Assembly: GCA_965645245.1 (NCBI GenBank)
Contig: OZ287069.1
Location: forward strand, 2,480,001-2,544,000
Reading direction: 5' to 3'
DNA length: 64,000 nt
DNA from: Massalongia carnosa
Lineage: Eukaryota
Shown here: positions 12,749-24,765 of the stretch, in pieces
Numbering within the stretch: position 1 is the first letter of the stretch
How the letters are laid out: every line of letters begins with the position of its first letter
Position numbers and translations under genes: made by a program
Notes under the pieces: generated by a model
The model's database searches: none
Told to the model about the DNA's origin: nothing
The model's input: the letters and a program-made list of their open reading frames with translations, nothing else

Positions 12749-14902
12749 CTAGACCTTCCATACGCGCTTTCTTTGCCGTCGAATAGTCATTGCAATACAA
12801 TCTAGTGTGGAGGCCAGCCCTGCCGTTCGATCTTTGAGTTTGAAAAAGCGCCGGGTGGCGGGATAGAAGCCGAAAATGAGGGCGAGCAGGACGAATACAG
12901 TGGCGATTTTGAGGAGCGGGAGGAGCGGCACTCGAGTGCCGGAGGCGTAGTGAATGAGAACGGTATCTGTGGGGATATTTTGGAATGGCGAAGTGATCCC
13001 CGAGGAGTAGAGGAGGAAAATGAAAACTAATATGGATGATAAGCCAGCCCCAAAAAAATTTGCGGGAGAGCGGTGGGAATGGAAGAGAATCGTACCCAGA
13101 GTACCAGTCGCATATGCTGCATATCGAGCGTAAAACTGATATAATACAAACAGACCTAGCAGCACCCATCCCCACCTTAAGGCCACCCCGGTTATGCCCG
13201 CAAAAGTAGCCATCCGCGCGAGCTTGGCCGATGTATCTTCGATCGCACTTTGTAGGCTCGAAGCGCTTGTGGTTACCTCGGCGAGAAGACCGTGGGTGAC
13301 GAACATATCTGTCTGCATGCGGTTAATTTGGTCATGGAGTAAAGTTTGCGAGTCAGCTTGACGGGTTTGGGCGATGTGGAAGAGTTCGGCTTTGGTTTCG
13401 AGCGCGGCGAAGGATTGGCCAAGGGTAAGAAGGCGCTGGAAGGTTTGTTAGCTGCTTCGATACATAGAGGAGTGGATGCATTTGACTTCGTCTAGGGCGT
13501 TCTGTCTTGAGTGCATTAATGAAACAAGCTCATTGGAGGTGTGCTAGCCTGATCAGCGTTTTGATAGATTTGTTATCACGGACTTTTTTCGTACAAGCTG
13601 GTTATGAATATTACCAAAAGCATTTAGGAGCGCATGAACTTCCCCGCTCCTTACGTTTTCAAGCGAGTTTTGCAGTTCGATGGCGAGATTGAGATTCCGG
13701 TCCCATTGCTTGGTCTGGCTGGCTGCAAGCTCTGCATTGCCCTCTACGGCTTGCTGAAAAACTTTCCTAATGTTCTTTTCAAGGTCTAGGGCACCAGCGT
13801 TGGAACTTTGAATGTTCTAGCATAAATTCAGTTTGAATACCATCTAAAAGTATAATTATCGAGGGCGCTAGGAAACCCACGTCCCGCAAACCTGCTACTT
13901 CTGACGCGGCGGCTTGGGCTGCAGAAGTTATCTTGCTTATTATGGACTGAGTAGCAGCATCCACGCTACTGACTAGATTTGCGAAATAAGACTTTGCTTG
14001 TGCATTTGAAGAATCAAGATCTCGGAGTAATCGTTTCCGAAATGTTTCGACTACAATCGCAAATGTTCGTTGATCGGCTAACGCATTATTCACTTCTTTC
14101 AGCGCGCTCGATAATGCTGTATCAATGTCTGAGCTCGTCTCGACCATGGATTTGTGGAGCTTGATCAATTCATCTGTGATCAATGAGAGAAATCCACGAT
14201 CACCGAGGACCGCGACGTACCCTTCTCAATATCAGCGCGTGCAGCTTGACACATGACGATCGCATTCTGTCTGCTGTTGCTGTAGCTCGTCCACCACTGA
14301 GGCCGGGACTCCAAAGAACGAAGGCACTGGCTTAATTGGCTCTTGTCGATGTTCCTAGGAACGGCAGATTTCACTTTTCCTTCGTTCGAAAGCCCGTGCA
14401 ACCCTCGTAATCCTAAGGGCTCAGTCACTGGTTTCAATGACTTACACTCTTGTGGGATCGCTAGTCCCGCACTGGATATTTCGCACATAGCTAACTGCGC
14501 AGCATAAGTTGATCTGATATCGTCAAGGGATGCTTCAGTGCTATGCGTAGATCCCTCAAGAATTTGGCAGGAGCTCAGAAGCAAAGTCGCAGCGACCCGG
14601 TTGCAGGAAGGCGAAGCTTGCATAGAACTAAGAAGCTGAAGTGCTTGCGAGTAGACTCCAAATCGATCTGTTGGTAGTGACCTGACTAGTACTGATAGAT
14701 CTGCGTCGACTAAGTCTTCGCCTTGGCTCCCAGTCGAGGATGGCTCTAGTAATCGTTACGATATGCTTTCACTACGGTGTCATGGGTTCTGGCGCTCACT
14801 TTTAGTCCTCGCCGAAAACTTAAAAGCCATTGACCCCTCCACAATCAGGAGAATCAAACTGAAGACGATGAGGGCCCAGTGGAACATCATGAACGCAGCC
14901 AT
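12749..14902 (-). CDS. KAR5: Nuclear membrane fusion protein Kar5/Tht1-like
   Basis: Signal peptide; Cys-rich domain CNRVAA..SSCQ..YAAQLAMCEI..CLRSLESRPQWWTSYSNSRQNAIVMCQAAR; coiled-coil middle; C-terminal TM segments. Confidence 0.8.
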
Positions 14903-15481
14903 CGTAAGACACGATGTCCTGAAGGATAATGGATAATGATAGGAGATACGAAATAGATGCAGCAGTCAATGTCAAAAGATAATTGCCCGATTAACTCAAA
15001 TGACTTGACAGATTAGATAGATGTAAAGACTTAAGGATGTATGTAAAAGACAAGGGAAAGTTTGAATGAGGAAGATAAGGAGGTTTACCCTCCTCCCTCT
15101 TTCCGGATCTAGCGTAACTGGTCCATTCACTCAGAGGCTTAGGTATCCTTCATCTTCTACAAACGTAGAGGTCGATCTTCCACCATGGAGGTTTGGAACA
15201 GTTAGTGCTGGACTCCCTTTAACTGATAATATCTACTTGACACTGGCCAAGTAAAGTTGCAGAACGGAGGAGCAGCGTTTGAAAGATTTCGCGATAGCAA
15301 AGATGACTGGATTCAAGGATCTAGACCTGTCTTGCTGCTGAGTATTGATTTTTGTCGACGATGTGGCTAAGGAGTGAGATTTCATCGGTCACGTGACTAG
15401 ACTATTTCCTTGAAGTCTTGGCATTACCCCGAAGTACCTCTCTCTCATCATTCAAAACTTCAGTCACCCAAAGAAGCGAAA

Positions 15482-16382
15482 ATGGCCACGACTATACGCT
15501 CTGTCTGCCCCCCCATCCTACGACGAAGAACCACTCTCTTCGTCCCCGATTTCCTTGTCCCTGCCCTTTCCACTACATCGCCGCCTTACCGATCCTTTTC
15601 CAGCACTCCAAGATGTCAGTCTAGAATTGGCAGCGCACCACTCTCGCTTCCCCCCGAGGTAAATCTAAGGCTACTAGAGCCTCCAAAGCAGAGACAAGTC
15701 AAGGCAAGGCTCGAGATTCCCCGAATTGTGGAAGTAGAGGGTCCCCTAGGTTTGTACCAATCCAATATGAATCTTCCCCTTGGTTGAGTTTAAAAATATA
15801 GTGTATATGTATAATTAACCCAGTTTCAACTCTAGGGAAAATCGCGATTCAGATCCCGCGATACATCAATATAGACCAAGATCCACAGTCTCGAAAAGCA
15901 ACGCTAACGATCCCGGACCGGAAAGTGCGTAAGCATCGCGAGATGTGGGGTGAGTGAACTCTCTTTCCCCCCAATAGATCACCATGATGACTCAAGATCC
16001 CTTCACAGGGACCGCCCGCGCCTGCCTTAATAACCACATCTTCGGAGTGTCGGAAGGGCATACGGCCATCCTGCGCCTAATCGGTGTGGGCTATCGCGCA
16101 ACGGTGGAGGATTCCGCGGAAACGGTCAAGGCCGAGTATCCTGGGCAGCGGTTCGTGTCGTTGAAGTTGGGCTTCTCGCATCCCATCGAGCTAGGTTTGC
16201 CACAGGGCGTGAAGGCGACTACGCCGCAGCCGACGCGCATCTTGCTGGAGGGCATTGAGAAGCAGGTGGTGAATGAGTTTGCGGCCAAGATCCGGAAGTG
16301 GCGCAAGCCGGAGCCGTATAAAGGGAAGGGCATCTTTGTCAACGGCGAAACGATCAAGTTGAAGGCGAAGAAGATCAAGTAA
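15482..16382 (+). CDS. MRPL6: Mitochondrial large subunit ribosomal protein uL6
   Basis: SRIGSAPLSLPPEV, LRLIGVGYRA, LKLGFSHPI and IRKWRKPEPYKGKGIFV; two introns. Confidence 0.95.
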
Positions 16383-16482
16383 GGTTATGCGTGGGGGACC
16401 TTTTGATTGCAATTGGCCGGGGGGCAAATGTTCTACTTCAAGCCATTCGCGACCGAGCTCATGCTATGAACCATCCAACCAG

Positions 16483-17553
16483 TCATGTCGAGCTCAAAAT
16501 GCTTTTCACGGCCTCCAGAACCCGCTCATGCACCTCCTTAGGCGCAGCAACTACGCCCTTGTTCCCCTTCAAAGTCCTCCCCTTTCCAAAGTCCAGTCTC
16601 TTCCCCTCCGCATCCGTAACCTCTCCGCCAGCCTCCCTCACGATCAGAACCCCGGCCGCATGATCCCAAATCTTCTCCTGATAGTCCGCGTCGCGCACTG
16701 GCAATCGGAGGTACAGATCCCCCGCACCCCTCGCAATGGAGCCGTATTTAGCCTGCGAATCCATGCGCACGCTCTGTGTCGTGATCCCTAGCTTCTTCGC
16801 AATGGCAGCTTGGTCGCCGTGTGAGGAATGCGCGGCCTCGACGCTTTCACAGAATGTCGCTTGCGTGATGTCGGCGACCGGCTTCATGCGAATAGCTCGC
16901 TCCTCCAGGAGCGCCCCGCGCCCGAGCGGTCGGCTCCAGGCTCCTGAGCCGGCGACGGCGGAGAAGAGAACACCCCTTCCCTTCCCGTTACTGGATCCTT
17001 CTTGCTCCCCGACATCGGTAGCGAAGGGCGCCGTGTCGTCGATGGGGAGGTTCGGGCAACCGAGAACGCCGACTTTGACATCGCCGTCTTCGATCAGGGC
17101 AAGACACACCGCGTACTGCCCTCCACGTAGAAAGCCCTTGGTCCCATCAATCGGATCCAGCGCCCAGATGCGGCCCCTAGCGCCACCGGCGCTATTCCCT
17201 TGATCAATCGCCTGCAGCATCTGCTCCAACCCTTCCACAGGACCCCCGAGCTCCCGTTCTGCCTCCTCATCACACAGCCTAGACTCTCTCACTAAGTTCC
17301 AGATCTGATCTGCAAGCGCCTTGTTCTCCCGTAGCAGGCTGGCTTCCTCCTCGCCCACAATCTCATCGTGCGGAAAGGTTTTGCGAAGTGCATGCACGAT
17401 TAGCGCCTGCGCGCCGAAATCTCCAATCGTGACTGGGGACTTGTCGTCTTTGGACTGGGTGCCCTTGGCTTTTTCGTGGAAGACAAGTTGGGTGAGGAGG
17501 GTGGCGCGCTGGACGGCTAACTGGGCAATATGGAGTTCCTGGTCGTAAGACAT
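16483..17553 (-). CDS. MET22: 3'(2'),5'-bisphosphate nucleotidase (Hal2/Met22)
   Basis: KDDKSPVTIGDFGAQA, IVGEE, WALDPIDGTKGFLRGGQYAVCLAL and EKIWDHAAG. Confidence 0.95.
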   Translation of the reverse strand: MSYDQELHIAQLAVQRATLLTQLVFHEKAKGTQSKDDKSPVTIGDFGAQALIVHALRKTFPHDEIVGEEEASLLRENKALADQIWNLVRESRLCDEEAERELGGPVEGLEQMLQAIDQGNSAGGARGRIWALDPIDGTKGFLRGGQYAVCLALIEDGDVKVGVLGCPNLPIDDTAPFATDVGEQEGSSNGKGRGVLFSAVAGSGAWSRPLGRGALLEERAIRMKPVADITQATFCESVEAAHSSHGDQAAIAKKLGITTQSVRMDSQAKYGSIARGAGDLYLRLPVRDADYQEKIWDHAAGVLIVREAGGEVTDAEGKRLDFGKGRTLKGNKGVVAAPKEVHERVLEAVKSILSST

Positions 17554-18215
17554 TTTGGGAGGATGGAGAATGGGCGGGGATGATGAGAGAGGATTTTCAA
17601 ACGGAAAAAGATAGTTGGAAAGGTAGATAATGCCAGGATGGTTTAGGGAGAGGAAGAAAAGAGAGGGGCGGGGGATAGGCGATATACTCAGTAAAATGGA
17701 AAGTAAAGCATCAGATACATACCTGCGACTGACTTGCGCCCGACTTTATTATTTTTTTTTAAAAAGGGGACAACATTTATATCGGCTTGTCGCCTGTCTT
17801 GGCTTGATGGACAAGAGCGCAAATCCAAGACTTGAGAAGATGTTCAACCATGTGGAGTTTGGGTGAAGTGAAAAGTGTGACGGACACCCCAATAACTACT
17901 GAGCGCAGAATACATCTCGAGTAAGCGCCAGCTATAAGGTCAAGTATGGCTAGCCTTTAGTTCTTGCCAACGCACAAGAAGGTCGTCTTATTCCGTAAGC
18001 TGAAGGGAGTTTCGCAAGTCACTGGGCGGTAAACCTTTGGCTAAGAATAAGTACCTCACGTAGTTATGAAAAAGCGACTTTGAGCCTCTGGAAAACGTAA
18101 TCTAGCTGCTTGACTACTCTGAAACCAAAGACGCAAACTCCAAAATAGGAACATGAATGTAGCCGAAGAAGAAACAGTGTCCGATAGAATAGCAAAAACG
18201 GATGCTACCCTCCTC

Positions 18216-19753
18216 TCACCCAACGGGGAGATTTTCTTTTCCCCTGTCTTTCTCCTTCACCTTCTCCTTGTCTCCCCCCGCTTTCCCCTTCCCTCGCTTT
18301 ACATGAAACGCCTGCCGCAGTCGCTTCAGTTTTGCCCACCGCTCCTTGTCCTTTGCATCTCGCGTCTGTGTCGTATCTTGTCCTCCAGTCTCGCCTGTCA
18401 CGCTTCCTCCACCTTCAGTTTGTACATTCTCATCATCAAGCTGTGCGTCTACGGCTACTAATGACGAGGACGGCTGCGACCTATCTCCTACCCGGAAAAT
18501 CTGCGCGCTGCTGTTCACAACCCGTACTAGGATCTCCCATCCGGCTAGATCGGCTGTCGAGGGTCTTGAAGTATTTTTAGATGGCGCCTTCTGTTCTTGT
18601 AAAGGATGAAGTGGATGAACGGCTAGGGATTGGGAATCGGCGTTGACCCAAGGGCAGTAGTCACGATGTTCAGCAGCGACGTCAAGGCGGGACATTGAGG
18701 GGGAAGAAGGTGGCGGGGGCGCTTTGAAGAGCCAAAGGCCGAGACGGCGAAAGCAGGCGGAACAGGTTGCGAGGCCGGAGATGGGGGAGGGCTCGGCTTG
18801 CCAGCCGAAGAGAGCGAGGGTCAGGGCTTCTGCGTTAACGGGCAAAGGTGGGGTGGGCTCCATTTGTGAAGTCGTGGGTGACGTGTTGGAAGATGGTCGA
18901 AGTATTGAGAATAGGTGGTTTGGGGGAGAGACAAGAGCGAATGAGGGCGGGGTGGAGAGGGTCACGGGTAGTTCGGAGGATATGTCCATCAGGGATTCGT
19001 AGCGTAGACGGAGGTTGTTCAGAGCCGTTGCTTGATGGGCGAGAGGGAGGCGGTGGATGGATTCTGTAATGGGGGTCAGCCATGCCTGATATACTCTGCT
19101 TGTAGATGTGTATCTATACCATCACAACCTCTTCTTCTCCATAAACATCCTCCTTCGTGCTCGGTGATGATCATTTCAGCGTACTTGTCGACCAGCTGTT
19201 TCTGCGCCTCTTCCCTCCAGTCCAGCCCTCCATCTCCAGATTCCTCACTCTCCTCGCCTTCCCTCTCTTCCCGAGCACTTCCCAGCTTAATCACCACCTC
19301 CCTCCCGCACCCGCCCACACATCCAACTCGTTCCTTCCCCACGCAACTCCAGCCTCGTTTTGCCCACTGGACCTCATTGATCCGCTCTGGTTTTCCCATC
19401 CACTTGTCCACGTGACGATAGGTCTTGAGACGATCTAAAAACTGCGTGCGATCCCACGGCGCAAAGTTAGGCGGCTTACGCTCCTCGTTCATCTTCAGAT
19501 AGATTGAGGTTCCGCTTGGCGTTCGAAGGCCAGAGCACTGATCAGCAGCGGTGACAGAAGATGGCTGCAAGAGAGCTGATAGAGGACGAGTAAAACGAGG
19601 CCTTTTGGCTGGAGATTCAAGGCTTATAGGAAGAGTGATTGTAGACGCATTGTTTAAATCGTCTTGTAAGGCGAGGGAGGTACTAGAGGCATTGGAGATG
19701 GAGTCCAATATTTTGTGAAACTTCCGTTTTGTAGTACTCAGCGCGTAGGGCAT
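18216..19753 (-). CDS. C3HC zinc finger / Rsm1 (Pml39/NIPA-like) protein
   Basis: FAPWDRTQFLDRLKTY, WAKRGWSC..CVGGC, HEGGCLWRRRGC, LALFGW, CSACFRRLGLWLF and EHRDYCPW; one intron near 19070-19120. Confidence 0.85.
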
Positions 19754-20510
19754 CTTGAGAATAGGGAAGCGTGTCGCAAGAGCAAGGAGTATTGAAACTG
19801 TTACAGAGAGAATGTAATGGGTGAGAAGTTCAAGTTCACATTGTTAGCGCGCTTGGCCTGCCAACACTCTTTGTTGAAAGTCGATCGTAACAATGCAAAG
19901 CCGTAACGTTCGATGCTCGGTAGGTAGTTACTTTGTCGTTAATGCAGCGATGTCTCGTACAGATTAAATGCAAGGCATCAAGATAGTATTTGGTCACCCT
20001 CCACTCTTTCTAAAGGGTCAATGATATCACACCTAGGCGCACAACCCATCAAAAATCCAGTAAGACATATTACCTCCAAAAAGCGAGGGAGGTCATGAGA
20101 TTTGATGAGCGTCAACGCATTACGAGGAAAAGAATATCTAAAATGGCAGCAACAGGGGCAGCAAGGGCAGGTGATCCAGGGTCTTGGGCAGCAAGGCCAA
20201 CGGCGCCTATGTTTAGAGCAATTTGGACTTTTTTATCGATCAAGCGAGACCTCGATTACTATAGATAGAGATAACCAAAAAGAGGCTGTTGCATAGTGCT
20301 TGGTAAAGATGCTTCATAACCAATACTTGCTGCTGTTTTTTCTTTTTTTTTAGAGAAATTAGGGAACGATAACTCCGCCATCATAGCTACCTCTCCTCCG
20401 CCCATACTCTATCATTAACCTCTCCCGCTCGCCGTTTCTCGGTTTTCAGCTTATTCTGGCATGGTGTCGATAGCCATCCACAAGGCATATAGCCAACGTT
20501 ATCACTCAAC

Positions 20511-22330
20511 CTAGGAAGTGCCGGGTGCTTTGGGCGGAACTGGAAGAGTAGAGGTTTTGGTAAACGTCCTCGTTGACGTGATAACCGTGACGGAAGGCTT
20601 GAGGTAGGTTGTCACCACCGTAGGCTCAGGTTTGATGTAGGATGTCACCACTTGGACCGAAGGTGTAAGATAAGATGTTACTACTCTCGGGGAAGGCGTA
20701 ATGAAAGATGTCACCACTCTGGCGGGAGTGAGGAGCCCCTGCAAAATATGCCGTCAGCGGAGAAAATGCCATTACCAAATGCTCTAGCTTAGAGCATACC
20801 GCGAAAGCACAACTTCTTGACAATTCGCTGAAGTTTCGGCCCTGGATTGGAAGGTCCGTGAAATTCTGACTTGGGAAAGGAGTTACTGTTGGAATGATGG
20901 AGACAATCCTAGGCCCTTGATTAGATCCTAGGCTTAGCGGAAATGCCGCGAAGAAGCGGATGCTCACGAGGAAGTTAGCGCAAGGGATGAGTTCCTTAAG
21001 GCAACGATTAGCTCTCTATCGTACTACGTTATATACCAATGGTCAGGCTATTACTCACATAGAAAGAGAGGGGGTGATCGAAGCAAGCGTTTTGTTACTC
21101 GGAGTGGGAAATATCGAACTGGGGACACCCGGTCTTGTAACATTGGAAGTGGCGCTTAGAACCTTCAGGCTTGGTACGGCTGGTGAAGATCCTGTGGGTT
21201 TGATGACCCTAGTAAGGTTCGAGGAGCGCAAGGGATTTACGATCGTACTTGGACCGACTAAGCTTGTAAAAGAAACTGTATTATTAACGAATCTTGTAGA
21301 GACTGTTGGTATGCTAGTGGTTAAAGTAGAGGTATTCACCGGGCTAGGAAGGGATATAGTAGTAACGGGAACAAAGTTGAACGAGGAGTTAGTGGCGCTA
21401 GGCTTGATAATACCAGTCGAGCCCGGTATAGTAGAATTGATAATATGTGGAAACCCAAAACCGGACGTGACGATATTTGAGAAGGTGATGGTAGATGTTG
21501 GCTCTATCGTTGGTCTAGGGGTAGATACAGGGATTGGTAGAACCGTAATAGTTTCGATGCTTGCCGGTGGTATTGTGCTTTGTATTACAGTCGTTGTTTT
21601 GGTTGTTGTGCCACTTGAGATGGTTGTACTATATTGCGTGGTGGTACGATAGTCGATAGCGCTGAGAACTCTGGTCTGTTTCCCGTGCTTTAGTAGATGG
21701 GGAAAGGCTAAAAAAGGAATGTTTCATACATTTCTCATCGTAATACCCACAATGACAGTTCTAGGTTCGAGGAACAAACATTGGCAGGCGCTGCTTACAG
21801 CGGAACGAAGTGGATAGTCGGCAGATCCATCACGAACACGTGATGCGAATGGAAGAGAACGATAGAACTGAACATTTTTAGTAGGGTCTGGATAACGCTT
21901 CTTAAGAGCACTATCGGTGATCTGTGGTTTATCGATAGTAACTGTTATAGTGCTCGTAGCGAAAGGAACTATCGTGGTGACTCCTTTCGTAGCATAAGCT
22001 GTTTTGGTTTTTATGACAGTCCTAGAAAGTCCGGTAAGCGCTTAACTTCACTATTTCTATACGCAAGGGAAGTATAATAAACATTTTCGAAGTTGCTACA
22101 ACCATGGTGGTAGAGTAGTCATTAAGCTGGAGCTCCGATCTACAGAACGGGTCGGCATCTTCTATCCAATACCGTAAGGATTTGAGGTAGTCGTCTTCAA
22201 CGCAGACTATTCTCTTAGCCTGTTTTGTAGCCATCTTCTCCAGTTCCAGTGGCATACGAAACCCAATGGTTGTACCACAAAGGACTGAAAGTGCAAGGGC
22301 TGTAGCCCAGAGAGAGATAATACTGCGCAT
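20511..22330 (-). CDS. Secreted Ser/Thr/Pro-rich mucin/adhesin-like protein (multi-exon)
   Basis: Signal peptide MRSIISLWATALALSVLCG, ADPFCRS and VSSACQC motifs, long T/S-rich tracts and 11-aa repeats near the C-terminus. Confidence 0.6.
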
Positions 22331-24139
22331 AGTGACAATAGAATCAAGACGCAAGAGTAGCGAAATGAGTGACAAGCGGGCAAACTGAGAAGAACGAGCG
22401 TGGAGTTAAGATGCTTAGAAGGAAAAATAGTATGCTTTATACACAAGGAGACGCAGACCATGGCCAGTAGCCATCGATGTATTCACAGCAGATACGAAGA
22501 AGAATCAAGGAGAGGGGTGTTTCATGCTCTGATGATACATTGGAATGTGTTCTGACTGGTCCTGTCATGCATTTCTTTGATCCTAAGGAGAGCCAGCCGC
22601 CAAAACGTAAGGGCCTGGTATCTCGTCGAGGAGCTTGCATGAGAAGCAGCTGCTTCTAGCTTGATAACTTCACATGTATCGGTGGAATGGCATGGCTCAT
22701 TCTGTCTCGTCCAGATGATCCTCGTGAATTCCCCATCGGTTAATCCGTTAAAGCAAGCGCGCTGTGTGTGAAGTTAGTGTTGCACGTGCCGTAGGACGAT
22801 CACAAGCAGAATGATAAAACAACAACCTCTCATCGTCCATAGTTCATCCCATCATTTTCTTTCACCCCCTCATCGCATTAGTTTGAAGAGACATATTTGC
22901 ATTCCATGGGATCCTGTTTTTCCTGTCTTGGTCTCGGCCCACGGGGATCCGATATTGAGGTAAAGCTTTACCGAAAAACAACGCCATCCCTCACATAGCC
23001 AAATCAGCTGATCTCTCCTTGCTCGTAGAATCCCGAGACTTCGCGACTCTTGTGCGACGAACCTTACAGCTCTCAATATGGCTCCAATATTCAGAATCCA
23101 CAACGTTCCGCTTATCAGCCTGATCCAGGGTCGCTCCGAAGGCAAAGAGAAGCACTAGAGAGCATATGCCATTCGATGTCGGAGTAAGTTTGCGCTTGGA
23201 GCTGGGAGTGCCGCTTTTTACCTTGCTTACATCTCCATAGTGATGTCGTTGATGTTTTCACGGTGGTATCTTCAACCGCCAGCGAAGGTAAGGATTGGGT
23301 TTATATTAGCTTAAGCTTCGTGATTTAATGAGAATAGCAAACCTTAATCGACAGATATCCCCATTTTCTCTTGTGAAGAGATCTCCCGAACCGGAGTTGG
23401 CACCCGACGAAACAATCTACAAGACAATTAGCCGCGGCCGAGGGGGCCCAATTGCCAGCCCCCTAAAAAAAGACAGAGGCGGATGGCAGGCAACGAAAGC
23501 AATCATGGGATAAAAGTTTTCAACCCTAGATTATGTGTGGAGTGTCCTCAGATCTGTAGTTGCTGGTTGCTATACACTTAGGTGTGAGTGGTTTTTCTAG
23601 GCTCATGCCATGCTGTTCATGTTTGTGTAGGCTTCTACTTTCCTGAGAAGTGTGTCCAGATCATACTCCCCTTGCGATATAGGGCCAAGTCCTCAAGGAC
23701 GCCACAATCAGGAGAACTCTGTCACTCTCATTTAATTTCGCTGATCCAGGCATTTCCCTTTGTCCTCTTCATATCAGATCTAGGTACAAGGACATGGGCA
23801 TATAATAATTGCCGGAAAGATCCCGTGGATCCTGCAGCTATCCTACCAAACATAGTGACTTCTCTAATTTCACTTTTCGCACTCCCACTACTTTCATCCC
23901 ATGTTTTTCGTTGTTCTGTGGGCAAAATTAGTTATCTGAATCTTCTCCTTGTTGGGAAATAACAAGAACGCACCTGTTCGGAGCCACTATGCCTCTTCCA
24001 CTACATTGCTGATAAAAATAGGACATACGACATATCAGACCACCCCACAAGTCCTACATTAAGTTAAATATATCCCATATAGATACACCAACGTCCTGAT
24101 ATGAAGCCCTAACCACGCTCTTGACTCACCTATCGAGAA

Positions 24140-24765
24140 TCAACTGTCGAAAAGGGATATCCTCCAGTTCTCTGCATACTTGTAGGATCTAATATGCACT
24201 ATTGGACGAACAGGACTCTTATCATGCAAACTGCATCGTTGAGGGCATGCGGCTACAAAGCTTTCAATCATTGCCAACTCATCTAGTTTCCACCCGTGGG
24301 GATAAACAGCATCTATACGTTTGAAGCCGTGCAAATCAATAAAGGCGTCGCTTTCTAGCATCACCAGAAAATTCAAGGGTGAGATATCAATTTTAACTTT
24401 TCGGAGATTATAGAAGTTTACCAGCGCCCTCAAGACTCCGCAGGAGTAGGAGTTGCTATGCAACAAACATTCAAAGCTTCGAAGGTTGTCTCTCATCTTG
24501 GGCTCGATCTTCTTCAATAGCTTGAGGCTCCACCTTGGATCGGTCGCCTTAAAGGGGTTTGCGCGAAAAAAATACGGCTTGCTTCGAGGTGCAATTGGCG
24601 TGAGGCAAGCAATAGATTTGTAGCATGCTTGCTCGTCTGCCCACGAGGCTTCCTTGATAACCTAACTGTTCGTTGTTGTGATAGAGCATATTCATACACC
24701 ATTAATCTTAGTTCTGCCGGCATATCGAAAAACCGTTCGAACTTAAGTTGGTGGTAATTGACCAT
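24140..24765 (-). pseudogene. F-box-like/2EXR-type (FxxLPxELRxxIY) protein gene with a 1-bp frameshift
   Basis: FFDMPAELRLMVYEYAL and LLLASRQLHLEASRIF. One extra T in the T7 run (24566-24572) would join it to RANPFKATDPRWSLKLLKKIEP and ORF 24140..24517. Confidence 0.6.

Noticed and set aside
20960..21652. 230-aa plus-strand Val/Leu/Gly-rich ORF
   Set aside because: Antisense mirror of the Thr/Ser/Pro-rich secreted protein exon.
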